64,000 nucleotides of DNA from Acutalibacteraceae bacterium (GCA_045590055.1 JAZNQF010000080.1:8901-72900), one strand, 5' to 3'; positions 28,154 through 37,629 are shown, counted from the stretch's first letter. Numbers and translations: made by a program. Notes: generated from the sequence alone by a model not told the origin.

Positions 28154-29572
28154 ATGTATAATAACATACGCACAAAAGAAATGAAAAAAGATGTTGTTAT
28201 TGTAGGCGCAGGCCCCGCAGGTATTTTTACAGCACTTGAGATTATCCGGAAGGGCGGCAAAAAAGATATACTCATAATTGAAAAAGGTGTTGCGGTTGAA
28301 AAAAGACGTTGCCCCAAGACGAAAACAAGGGAATGTGTTAACTGCAAACCCTATTGTCATATAACAACGGGCTTTTCTGGTGCGGGCGCATTTTCTGACG
28401 GCAAGCTTTCCTTCAGTTATGAAGTCGGCGGTGATTTGCCGTCTCTCATCGGTGAGGATTTTGCGCAGGAGCTTATCAACTACACTGATTCAATCTATCT
28501 TGAATTCGGCGCTGATGAACATATTGAAGGTCTTGGCAACTCGGAGGAAGTTAAACAAATCCGCAAGCGTGCAATTCAGGCAGGTCTCAAGCTTGTTGAC
28601 TGTCCTATCCGCCATCTCGGCACAGAAAAAGCACAGGATATTTATTACGCCATTGAACAGTATCTGCTCAACAACGGCGTTGAAATCATGTTCGGATGGG
28701 AGTGCACAAACCTCATTCTTGACGGTGAAAAATGCCTTGGCGTCAGTTGCTTTGACGGCAGGAAAGATATGGATGTTTATGCCGACCACACCGTTGTTGC
28801 AACGGGTCGCAGAGGAGCAGACTGGCTTGAACGTATATGCGAAGAAAACCATATTGCACACAAACCCGGCACCGTTGACATCGGTGTAAGAGTTGAAGTT
28901 CGCAACGAGGTTATGGAACGCGTGAACGCGGTGCTTTATGAATCAAAGCTCATTGGCTATCCCAAGCCCTTTAAAAACAAGGTGCGCACATTCTGTCAGA
29001 ATCCCGGCGGCTTTGTCAGCCAGGAGAATTACGACAACAACCTTGCCGTTGTAAATGGTCACTCATACAAAGAACTTAAGTCACCAAACACCAATCTTGC
29101 AATTCTTTGTTCACACAATTTTTCTGAGCCGTTCAATCAGCCGATTGCATACGCGCAGAAGGTTGGCGAGCTGACCAATATGCTGGGTGCAGGTCACATT
29201 ATGGTTCAACGCTTCGGTGACATACTTGACGGTAAGCGCACGTGGCAAAAAGAGCTCACACAGTCAAACGTCAAGCCCACCCTGCAGGATGCCGTTGCAG
29301 GCGATATAACCGCCGCAATGCCTTACAGAGCGATGATGAACATCATTAATTTCATTCAGGCGGTTGACCATGTTGTGCCGGGCTTTGCATCATACGAAAC
29401 CCTGCTTTATTCACCCGAGCTGAAATTCTACTCAAACAGAGTTAAAATGGACGCCGATTTCAACACAAACATCAAGGGCTTGCATTGCCTCGGTGATTCA
29501 AGCGGTTGGACAAGGGGTCTTATGATGGCTTCCGTAATGGGAGTACTGATGGGCCGCAAACTCATCGACTAA
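28154..29572 (+). CDS. FAD-dependent protein (COG2509-type NAD(P)/FAD-dependent oxidoreductase)
   Basis: 472 aa. Dinucleotide-binding motif DVVIVGAGPAGIFTALE. RBS GAAAGGAG. Confidence 0.75.
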   Translation: MYNNIRTKEMKKDVVIVGAGPAGIFTALEIIRKGGKKDILIIEKGVAVEKRRCPKTKTRECVNCKPYCHITTGFSGAGAFSDGKLSFSYEVGGDLPSLIGEDFAQELINYTDSIYLEFGADEHIEGLGNSEEVKQIRKRAIQAGLKLVDCPIRHLGTEKAQDIYYAIEQYLLNNGVEIMFGWECTNLILDGEKCLGVSCFDGRKDMDVYADHTVVATGRRGADWLERICEENHIAHKPGTVDIGVRVEVRNEVMERVNAVLYESKLIGYPKPFKNKVRTFCQNPGGFVSQENYDNNLAVVNGHSYKELKSPNTNLAILCSHNFSEPFNQPIAYAQKVGELTNMLGAGHIMVQRFGDILDGKRTWQKELTQSNVKPTLQDAVAGDITAAMPYRAMMNIINFIQAVDHVVPGFASYETLLYSPELKFYSNRVKMDADFNTNIKGLHCLGDSSGWTRGLMMASVMGVLMGRKLID

Positions 29573-29585
29573 GGGTGAATGCTCG

Positions 29586-30012
29586 TTTTTCAGCACCTTT
29601 GAGCGCTTTTTCTTCTTGAAAGGCACACGGCCTTCCTGCGAATAAAAAACACTCAAATGCACTAAAACTCGGGCATCCACGATGCTTCGGGTTTTAGTTT
29701 TTGCCCGATTTTCAAAGCACCTTTGCGCGCTTTTTCTTCTTGAAAGGCACACGGCCTTCCTGCGAATAAAAAACACTCAAATGCACTAAAACTCGGGCAT
29801 CCACAATGCTTCGGGTTTTAGTTTTGCCCGATTTTCAGCACCTTTGCGCGCTTTTTCTTCTTGAAAGGCACACGGCCTTACTGCGAATAAAAAAACACTC
29901 AAATGCACTAAAACTCGGGCATCCACAATGCTTCGGGTTTTAGTTTTTGCCCGATTTTCAGCACCTTTGCGCGCTTTTTCTTCTTGAAAGGTACACGGCC
30001 TTACTGCGAAAA
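29586..30012. repeat. tandem repeat array B, about 122-bp unit, about 3.5 copies
   Basis: The landmark GCACCTTTG recurs at 29593, 29717, 29838 and 29961. The copies are nearly identical, and each contains a terminator-like hairpin plus T-run. Confidence 0.9.
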
Positions 30013-30044
30013 AAACACATAGAATTAAATCTCAACTATATAAA

Positions 30045-30082
30045 AACATGGTGCATTCTGTTTTTTCGGAATGCACCATGTT
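30045..30082. terminator. bidirectional terminator (carB side and FAD-gene side)
   Basis: 14-bp stem AACATGGTGCATTC / GAATGCACCATGTT. The T-run is TTTTTAT on the minus strand and TCTGTTT on the plus strand. Confidence 0.7.
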
Positions 30083-30094
30083 TCTGTTTATAAC

Positions 30095-33000
30095 TTAGAA
30101 CTCCACCACACCGTCAAAAATCATGCGGGTTGAACCCGTAAGAAGAATGCCGTTGTCTGTGTAATTAACGATGAGGTCGCCGCCTCTGAGTTTTACGGTT
30201 ATGTCCGTGTTCTTTTTGCAAAAGCCGTTTTCAACCGCGGCAACAACTGCGGCACATGCGCCGGTGCCGCAAGCAAGGGTTTCACCGTTGCCGCGCTCCC
30301 ACACGCGCATTTTAAGCGTTGTTTCATTCACCACGCGCACAAATTCTGTGTTCACTCGTTTTGGGAAGATGGGAGCGGTTTCAAACTGCGGACCTATTTT
30401 TGCAAGGTCAATGCCGTCAACTCTGTCGCAGAAAACAACACAGTGCGGGTTGCCGACCGAAACGCAGGTGATATTATACTGAGTGCCTGCAATCGTCACG
30501 GGGTAATCAATTGCGGTTTCGGTGTTGAGTTTTGCAGGCAAGCTGCTCACATTCAGCTTCGGCATACCCATGTTTACACACGCGGAAGAAACCTTGCCGT
30601 TCATTTTGTAAAGGCTGACTTCCTTCACACCGCTTGCTGTTTCAACTGTAACACTGTCACCTGTGGCAATGCCGTTGTCGTGTATATATTTTGCAACAGA
30701 GCGGATTGCGTTGCCGCCCGTTTTTGCTTCGCTGCCGTCTTTGTTGAAAACGCGCATTTTTGCATTTGCTTTGTCTGATATTTCAATAAGCACAATGCCG
30801 TCACCGCCGATGCCATGGTGTCTGTCGCACAGTTCAACACACAACGATTCGGGGCAGGTGATGTCGCCCGAAATGTTTTCAACAATAATATGGTCGTTGC
30901 CTGCAGTTTCCATCTTGGCAAAGTAGAAACGCTTTCTCTTTTCGCGCAGGTTGTTGATGTCAACAAGCTCCGTGTTGTGCTGGTTGAAGCGGCTTGCAAT
31001 AATGTCAGCGAGCGCATTTGCCGTGTCAAGTGACGTGAGGCAGGCAATTGAAAGCTGAAGTGCACGGCGGTGCAGTGTAATATAGTCACCCATGGTCGAA
31101 TCGTACAGAGCACCCGTGTATACAACATAGAAAATCTTACCGCTTTCAAGCAGCTTGAAAATCTCGTCACTTTCCTGCATGCCCTTAACGTACGTTACGT
31201 CAATGCCGAGCTTTGAAATTGAATCAGCAGTGTCTTTGGTTGCATAAAGCTTCATGCCCAGGTCGTCAAGCTTTTTGGCAAGGGTAACAACCTCAATCAA
31301 ATCATGCTCGTCAACGCTGAGAAAAACACCTGCTTCATTTTCTGCAGAGGGCATGCGCAGGTCAAATCCTGCAGAGGTCAGCCCTTTGAACAACGCTTCC
31401 GTGAGTGTTTTACCGATGCCGAGGACTTCACCTGTTGACTTCATTTCGGGGCCGAGGATAGAGTTGACATCCATCAGCTTTTCAAATGAAAAAACGGGCA
31501 CTTTAACCGCAAAATACGGCGGTGTTTTGTAAAGACCCGTGCCGTAGCCGAGGTCCTTGAGCTTTTCACCGACCATTACCCTTGATGCAAGGTCAACCAT
31601 CGGTACGCCCGTAACCTTGCTTATGTACGGTATTGTTCTTGAAGCTCTGGGGTTTACCTCAATAACGTGCAGCTTGTTATGGTATATGAGGTATTGAATG
31701 TTTACAAGACCCTTTGTTCCGAGTGAAAGCGCGAGCTTTTCGGAGCAGTCGATAACATCCTTGAGTATCTTGTCGTTAAGATTGAACGGGGGATAAACCG
31801 CAATCGAGTCACCGCTGTGCACGCCGGCTCTTTCAACGTGTTCCATGATGCCGGGAATCAGCACGTCTTCACCGTCGGAAATAACGTCAACCTCAAGCTC
31901 GGGACCCATCATGTACTTGTCCACAAGTACAGGGTTTTCAATCTCACCCGAGAGTATGATAGTCATATATTGCTTTACGTCCTCGTCGCAATGGGCAATC
32001 GTCATGTTCTGGCCGCCGATTACGTAAGACGGACGAAGCAGTACGGGATAGCCGAGCTTGTTTGCGGCGTCAAGAGCTTCCTGCATTGACATAACACCCA
32101 TACCGCGCGGACGGCGGATTGCAAACTTTTCAAGCAGAGCATCAAAACGCTCTCTGTCCTCTGCGGTGTCAATGCCGTCAGCGGACGTGCCGAAAATCTT
32201 TATACCGTTTTCATCAAGGAACTTTGTCAGCTTGATTGCCGTTTGCCCACCGAAAGCAACCACAACACCTTCGGGCTTTTCAACCTCAATTACGTTCATA
32301 ACGTCCTCGGGTGTCAGCGGCTCAAAATAGAGTCGGTCTGCTGTGTCGTAGTCAGTGGAGACGGTTTCGGGGTTGTTGTTGATTATGGCTACGTTGTAGC
32401 CGAGCTCCTTGAGTGTCCACACGCAATGCACGCATGAATAGTCAAACTCAATGCCCTGACCGATTCTTATCGGTCCCGAGCCGAGCACGATGATGTTTTT
32501 ACTGCCGCTTTCTATTCTTTCACGTGCTTCACATTCGGTGTCATACGTGGAATAGAAATACGGTGTTACCGCGTTATACTCAGCCGCACAGGTGTCAACC
32601 GTTTTATATACGGCGCTTCTGTGCTTTACCTCTTTTGCGCCCGAAATTCTTTTGAGCGCCGCATCGGTGTAGCCAAGCTTTTTGCCGCGCAGATAGTTTT
32701 CGTCAGATATTTCGCCCTTTGATTCAATCTCTTTTTCAAAATCGGCAAGGTTTTTCAGCTTGTTGATAAACCAGCGGTCAATTCGTGTAACCTCGTGTAT
32801 TTCATCAACCGTTATGCCTGCTTTGATTGCTTCAAACACCGTAAACAGACGCATATCATCCATGTCAGCAAGTCGCTCACGCAGGCCCTTTTTGCTTTTT
32901 GGTTGTGCATTGAGTGTGTCAAGTGAAATCTCTGCACCGCGTACGGCTTTAAGAATTGCCATTTCAAAGCACGGAGCAATTGACATAACCTCGCCTGTTG

Positions 33001-34132
33001 CCTTCATTTGTGTGCCGAGTTTTCTGTCGGCATTCACAAATTTATCAAAAGGCCACTTCGGGAGCTTGACCACAACGTAGTCAATTGAAGGCTCAAAGCA
33101 TGCACAGGTAACGTCGGTGATGTCGTTTTTGATTTCGTCGAGGTTATATCCCAAAGCAAGCTTGGTGGTAACCTTTGCAATCGGATATCCGGTAGCCTTG
33201 CTTGCAAGGGCGGAAGAGCGTGAAACCCTGGGGTTTACTTCAATAACGGCATATTCAAAGCTGTTGGGGTTAAGCGCAAACTGACAGTTGCAGCCACCCA
33301 CAATTTCAAGCTCCGAAATAATTTTGAGCGATGCCGTACGAAGCATCTGATATTCTCTGTTGGAAAGTGTCAGCGCAGGCGCAACAACAATGCTGTCGCC
33401 CGTGTGTACGCCCACGGGGTCAAAGTTTTCCATGCTGCAAACTGCAATTACGTTGCCCATGGAATCACGCATGGCTTCAAATTCAATCTCTTTCCAGCCG
33501 AAGATGTATTTTTCAACAAGAATCTGCGTGATGGGGGATAGATCCAGCCCCGTTCTTGCAACAGTGCGAAGCTCGTCCTCATTGTATGCAACACCGCCGC
33601 CTGCACCGCCTAGGGTGAATGCAGGGCGGATAATAACAGGGTAGCCGATTTCTTCTGCGATTCTGACGGCAGTTTCAATGTCGTTTGCAATTTCCGAGGG
33701 AATGCAAGGTTGACCAATTCTCTCCATCGTATCACGGAAGATCTTGCGGTCTTCTGCCTTGTCAATAGCCTCAGCGCTTGTACCCAAAAGCTTTACGCCG
33801 TGCTTTTCAAGGTATCCGTCCTTGGAAAGCTGCATGGCAATTGTAAGGCCTGTCTGTCCGCCGAGACCTGCAAGCAGACTGTCCGGTTTTTCTTTTTCAA
33901 TAATGCGCTTGACGGTCTGAGCAGTCAGCGGTTCAAGGTATATTTCGTCTGCGAGTGCCTTGTCTGTCATAATTGTGGCAGGGTTTGAGTTGACGAGAAC
34001 AACGTTAACACCTGCCTCTTTGAGTACACGGCAAGCCTGGTTGCCTGCATAGTCAAACTCAGCCGCCTGACCGATAACAATGGGACCCGAGCCGATGACG
34101 AGAACTTTTTTGATATCCTTATTCAGCGGCAA
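30095..34132 (-). CDS. carB: carbamoyl-phosphate synthase large subunit fused in frame to a C-terminal DapF-like (diaminopimelate epimerase fold) domain
   Basis: Complete CarB sequence (two ATP-grasp halves plus an MGS-like domain), then RFYFAKMETAGND... with no stop codon. The likely start is TTG at 34132, 8 nt after GGAGG; the ORF track starts at GTG 34141. Confidence 0.85.
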   Translation of the reverse strand: MPLNKDIKKVLVIGSGPIVIGQAAEFDYAGNQACRVLKEAGVNVVLVNSNPATIMTDKALADEIYLEPLTAQTVKRIIEKEKPDSLLAGLGGQTGLTIAMQLSKDGYLEKHGVKLLGTSAEAIDKAEDRKIFRDTMERIGQPCIPSEIANDIETAVRIAEEIGYPVIIRPAFTLGGAGGGVAYNEDELRTVARTGLDLSPITQILVEKYIFGWKEIEFEAMRDSMGNVIAVCSMENFDPVGVHTGDSIVVAPALTLSNREYQMLRTASLKIISELEIVGGCNCQFALNPNSFEYAVIEVNPRVSRSSALASKATGYPIAKVTTKLALGYNLDEIKNDITDVTCACFEPSIDYVVVKLPKWPFDKFVNADRKLGTQMKATGEVMSIAPCFEMAILKAVRGAEISLDTLNAQPKSKKGLRERLADMDDMRLFTVFEAIKAGITVDEIHEVTRIDRWFINKLKNLADFEKEIESKGEISDENYLRGKKLGYTDAALKRISGAKEVKHRSAVYKTVDTCAAEYNAVTPYFYSTYDTECEARERIESGSKNIIVLGSGPIRIGQGIEFDYSCVHCVWTLKELGYNVAIINNNPETVSTDYDTADRLYFEPLTPEDVMNVIEVEKPEGVVVAFGGQTAIKLTKFLDENGIKIFGTSADGIDTAEDRERFDALLEKFAIRRPRGMGVMSMQEALDAANKLGYPVLLRPSYVIGGQNMTIAHCDEDVKQYMTIILSGEIENPVLVDKYMMGPELEVDVISDGEDVLIPGIMEHVERAGVHSGDSIAVYPPFNLNDKILKDVIDCSEKLALSLGTKGLVNIQYLIYHNKLHVIEVNPRASRTIPYISKVTGVPMVDLASRVMVGEKLKDLGYGTGLYKTPPYFAVKVPVFSFEKLMDVNSILGPEMKSTGEVLGIGKTLTEALFKGLTSAGFDLRMPSAENEAGVFLSVDEHDLIEVVTLAKKLDDLGMKLYATKDTADSISKLGIDVTYVKGMQESDEIFKLLESGKIFYVVYTGALYDSTMGDYITLHRRALQLSIACLTSLDTANALADIIASRFNQHNTELVDINNLREKRKRFYFAKMETAGNDHIIVENISGDITCPESLCVELCDRHHGIGGDGIVLIEISDKANAKMRVFNKDGSEAKTGGNAIRSVAKYIHDNGIATGDSVTVETASGVKEVSLYKMNGKVSSACVNMGMPKLNVSSLPAKLNTETAIDYPVTIAGTQYNITCVSVGNPHCVVFCDRVDGIDLAKIGPQFETAPIFPKRVNTEFVRVVNETTLKMRVWERGNGETLACGTGACAAVVAAVENGFCKKNTDITVKLRGGDLIVNYTDNGILLTGSTRMIFDGVVEF
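30098..30928 (-). other. domain: DapF-like, 277 aa, first catalytic Cys replaced by Gly
   Basis: FNKDGSEAKTGGNAIRSVAKY aligns to the canonical FN.DGSE....CGNG.RC. Codon 30716-30718 is GGC (Gly). The second Cys motif, ERGNGETLACGTGACA, is intact. Confidence 0.8.
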
Positions 34133-35204
34133 CGCGCTCACCTCCCATCAATGAAACAAAGTGGTCAAAAAGGAAAGACGTGTCTGTCGGTCCCGCGCAT
34201 GCTTCCGGGTGGAACTGCACAGAGAAAGCCTTGATGTCAGGATACTCAATGCCCTCACACGTGCCGTCGTTCGCGTTGACGAAGCTTTGTACCGCGTCAA
34301 CCTTAAGTGTTGAAAAATCAACCTCAAATCCGTGATTCTGGCACGTTATGTACGTTCTGCCGCTTTCGGTGCATCTCACGGGTTGGTTTGAGCCTCTGTG
34401 CCCGTGGCGCATTTTGCACGTTTTTGCTCCGTTTGCGAGCGCAAGAAGCTGATGCCCTAAACAGATGCCGAACATGGCTGCCTTGCCCTTTAAAAGCTTA
34501 ATCTGCTCAATGCAGTAGCTCAGCTCAAACGGGTCACCGGGACCGTTTGAAAGCATAATGCCGTCTGGGTTTGTGGCAAGTATATCCTCAGCATTGGTGA
34601 ATGCGGGCACTTCTGTTACAAGACAACCCCTTTTCTGCAGTTCTTTAACAATGTTGCCCTTTGCGCCGTAGTCAATGAGTGTAACGCGGTGCTCTGGCTT
34701 TGTGTCAAGCGGATATACGCTGATTTCGTCGCAGGTTACATCTTTGACTGCATTTGTGATTGCGTATGCCTTGATTGCATCAAGGTTTTCGGGTACCTCA
34801 GAGCAGATTGCGGCATTCATAATGCCCTCAGTGCGCAAAATGCGCATCAACTCCCTTGTGTCAATGCCGCTGATGCCGGGCACACCGCTTCTTTTGAGAA
34901 ACTCGTCGAGGTTATATTCGCAACGGAAGTTTGAGGGGGTATTGCACCATTCGCGCACAACAAGCCCCTTTACGCCGCATTCGCCCTCAAAGTCTTCTTC
35001 AATTATGCCGTAATTGCCGATGAGAGGGAAGGTCTGCATCACAATCTGACCGTAACAGCTCGGGTCGGTGAGTGTTTCAATGTAGCCCGATAAGCCTGTT
35101 GTAAAAACAAGTTCACCTATGCTGTCAATGTCCGCGCCAAAGTGTTCGCCCTCAAAAATACGTCCGTTACTTAAAACGAGATATGCTTTTTTCAAGTCAA
35201 TCAT
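34119..35204 (-). CDS. carA: carbamoyl-phosphate synthase small (glutaminase) subunit
   Basis: 361 aa. GICLGHQLL (catalytic Cys) and FHPE motifs. It overlaps the carB start. Confidence 0.9.
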   Translation of the reverse strand: MIDLKKAYLVLSNGRIFEGEHFGADIDSIGELVFTTGLSGYIETLTDPSCYGQIVMQTFPLIGNYGIIEEDFEGECGVKGLVVREWCNTPSNFRCEYNLDEFLKRSGVPGISGIDTRELMRILRTEGIMNAAICSEVPENLDAIKAYAITNAVKDVTCDEISVYPLDTKPEHRVTLIDYGAKGNIVKELQKRGCLVTEVPAFTNAEDILATNPDGIMLSNGPGDPFELSYCIEQIKLLKGKAAMFGICLGHQLLALANGAKTCKMRHGHRGSNQPVRCTESGRTYITCQNHGFEVDFSTLKVDAVQSFVNANDGTCEGIEYPDIKAFSVQFHPEACAGPTDTSFLFDHFVSLMGGERVAAE

Positions 35205-35952
35205 CTGCCTTTATTTCTGCGTTATATGGATAATGCTCCATGAGCTGAAGCTTGAATTTGTTGATTGAGTGAAGTCGGTCAATTCTCTGCTTGGTGGCTT
35301 CGTCTTCACACACACCCGTGCGGATATACTTGTCAAGCACGGCATAAGTGAAGCCGAGATTATCCTCGTCCGTTTTGCCGCAAAGACCGTCAGAGGGCAC
35401 CTTGTCAACAAGATTTACGGGCAAACCGAGGCTCCTGCCGATTTCTTTGACCTCCTGCACGGTGAGCATTGAAAGGGGACTGAAGTCACCCACGCTGTCG
35501 CCGTATCTTGTTGAATATCCAACCCAGTCCTCCGAGAGATTGCACGTGTTTGCAACCCTGCCGTTATACGTCTGCGAAACAGCGTAAACCGTTGCCATGC
35601 GAAGCCGAGGCGGCAAATTAACCGTTGCCTGACGGCTCATTTCGGGCATCTGTTTATTGAGTTCATTCACAAGTCCGTCGTAGCAATCACGGATATTGAC
35701 CGTTACGCTTTTTATGCCAAGGTGCTCAACAAGCTGAACGGAAGCGTCAATGTCGCTTTGCTCACCGTTTGGCATGAGCACACCGATCACCCTGTCTTTA
35801 CCAAGTGCTTCGACGCACAGTGCTGCGGTAACGGAGCTATCCTTACCGCCCGAAATGCCAAGCACTGCGTTGCAGTCCTTACCGTTTTTTTCAAACCATT
35901 CTTTTATCCATTCAACTATTTCTTGTGTTACTTTTGCTGCATCAAAGTTCAT
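35197..35952 (-). CDS. nadE: ammonia-dependent NAD+ synthetase
   Basis: PP-loop LGISGGKDSS. ATG at 35952 after GGGAGTG. It overlaps the carA start by 8 nt. Confidence 0.85.
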   Translation of the reverse strand: MNFDAAKVTQEIVEWIKEWFEKNGKDCNAVLGISGGKDSSVTAALCVEALGKDRVIGVLMPNGEQSDIDASVQLVEHLGIKSVTVNIRDCYDGLVNELNKQMPEMSRQATVNLPPRLRMATVYAVSQTYNGRVANTCNLSEDWVGYSTRYGDSVGDFSPLSMLTVQEVKEIGRSLGLPVNLVDKVPSDGLCGKTDEDNLGFTYAVLDKYIRTGVCEDEATKQRIDRLHSINKFKLQLMEHYPYNAEIKADD

Positions 35953-35983
35953 GGAAATCACTCCCTTGGGATTCTTAACTGTA

Positions 35984-37414
35984 TCAGACAAAGATTTCTG
36001 CGTTGAAGCCGAGCAGCTCCTTGTTTTCTTCGAGTATGGGGTTGATATAATCCCTTATGAAATCTTCGGTCTGTTCTTTTGCACAACCCGTGAAGCCGTC
36101 ACCGCTTGTGACTGAGTCAAGCTCCTGCTGAGTGAGACTAAACCTCGAATCTGCCGCGATTCTTTCAAGCAGGTCGTTTTTTGCACCGTTGAGCTTGATA
36201 TTCTTTGCCACATCAACGGAGTGTTGACGGATTGCCTCATGCAGTTCCTGCCTGTCTCCGCCTTTTTTGACGCCGAGCATGAGGATGTTTTCTGTTGCCA
36301 TGAAGGGCATTTCTTCTCTAAGGTGAGCTTCCACAACCTTGGGATACACCGTGCCGTTTGAAACAACGTTGATGTAAAGCGCAAGAATCGCATCAACCGC
36401 AAGGAACGCTTCGGGTATGGAGATACGTCTGTTTGCGGAGTCGTCAAGCGTTCTCTCAAACCACTGTGTTGCCGCAGTAATTGCGGGGTTGAGTGAGTCT
36501 GTCATAACGTATCTTGCAAGGGAGGCAATGCGCTCGCTTCTCATGGGGTTGCGTTTGTATGCCATGGCAGAGGAACCGATTTGCTTGTCCTCAAACGGTT
36601 CGTCAAATTCTTTGAGATGTGAAAGCAGACGGATATCGTTTGAAAACTTTGCCGCACTCTGAGCGATAGAGCAAAGGGCGGTCATCACAAAATAGTCAAC
36701 CTTCCTTGAATAAGTCTGACCCGAAACTGCGGCAACCTTGTCAAAGCCCATTTTTTCTGCAATGAGCTTTTCAAGCTGCTTTACCTTTTCCGTGTCACCG
36801 CCGAAAAGCTCAAGAAAGCTTGCGCCTGTGCCGGTTGTGCCTTTGCAACCGAGAAGGCTCAGCCTCGAAAGCTGGAAATCAAGCTGTTCAAGGTCGTAAA
36901 TTAGGTCCTGCGCCCAGAGGGTTGCTCTTTTGCCCATTGTTGTGGGCTGAGCCGCCTGAAAATGTGTGTATGCAAGAGAGGGGAGGTCCTTGTGCTTCTG
37001 AGCAAATGCACCAACGGCGGCAATGCAGTTGATAAGCTGTTTTCTAATCAGCAGCATGGCTTTGCGCATGAGGATAATATCGGTGTTGTCACCAACGTAA
37101 CATGATGTTGCACCGAGGTGGATGATGCCCTTTGCGTCGGGGCAGCAGTCACCGTAGGTTTTGATGTGTGACATTACGTCGTGGCGAAGCTGAGCTTCAT
37201 AAGCTTTTGCCGCTTCAAAATCGATGTTGTATACGTTCGCTTTAAGCTGCTCAATCTGTTCGTCGGTGATTTCAATGCCGAGCTCTTTTTCGCTCTCGGC
37301 AAGGGCAACCCACAGTTTTCTCCAAGTGGAAAACTTTTCATTATCGGAAAAAATATGTTTCATTTCTTTGCTTGAATATCTTGTGCAAAGAGGGCTTACG
37401 TAAGCATCGTGCAT
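35984..37414 (-). CDS. purB: adenylosuccinate lyase
   Basis: YVSPLCTRYSSKEM N-terminus and the fumarate-lyase signature GSSAMAYKRNP. ATG at 37414, 8 nt after AAGGAG. Confidence 0.9.
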   Translation of the reverse strand: MHDAYVSPLCTRYSSKEMKHIFSDNEKFSTWRKLWVALAESEKELGIEITDEQIEQLKANVYNIDFEAAKAYEAQLRHDVMSHIKTYGDCCPDAKGIIHLGATSCYVGDNTDIILMRKAMLLIRKQLINCIAAVGAFAQKHKDLPSLAYTHFQAAQPTTMGKRATLWAQDLIYDLEQLDFQLSRLSLLGCKGTTGTGASFLELFGGDTEKVKQLEKLIAEKMGFDKVAAVSGQTYSRKVDYFVMTALCSIAQSAAKFSNDIRLLSHLKEFDEPFEDKQIGSSAMAYKRNPMRSERIASLARYVMTDSLNPAITAATQWFERTLDDSANRRISIPEAFLAVDAILALYINVVSNGTVYPKVVEAHLREEMPFMATENILMLGVKKGGDRQELHEAIRQHSVDVAKNIKLNGAKNDLLERIAADSRFSLTQQELDSVTSGDGFTGCAKEQTEDFIRDYINPILEENKELLGFNAEIFV

Positions 37415-37629
37415 TTTGAACACTCCTTGAAAATGAATTTTATTTCATTGCGGCGGCATATACCGCCAACTATTTATGATATCCCAAAAGCGAGGCTTAG
37501 TCAATAGATATCCATACAATTATAGAGCGAACAGGCAGGTTTTTACAAATGTGTATGCTGAATATATAACCGCGCAGTGCAGAGCATATATATAAGCACA
37601 ACAAATTAAATAAGAAAGCGGTGGTAAGC

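Noticed and set aside
29586-30012. Possible CRISPR array, or a coding repeat
   Set aside because: The copies are full-length, near-identical 121-124 bp units without spacers. The period is not a constant multiple of 3. The ORF crossing it (29498-29776, minus strand) has a junk-like K/R-rich sequence and no RBS.
30625-31170. 181-aa same-strand alternate-frame ORF spanning the CarB/DapF-like junction (possible sign of a frameshift artefact)
   Set aside because: The main frame is continuous, and shows CarB homology before the junction and DapF homology after it in the same frame. The alternate-frame product is low-complexity (T/L/A/S-rich) and resembles nothing.
37415-37620. Purine or ZTP-type riboswitch, or T-box, upstream of purB
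   Set aside because: I read the leader on the minus strand. It holds only short generic hairpins (GGCGG/CCGCC, AATGAA/TTCATT) and none of the conserved purine, ZTP or T-box core sequences.
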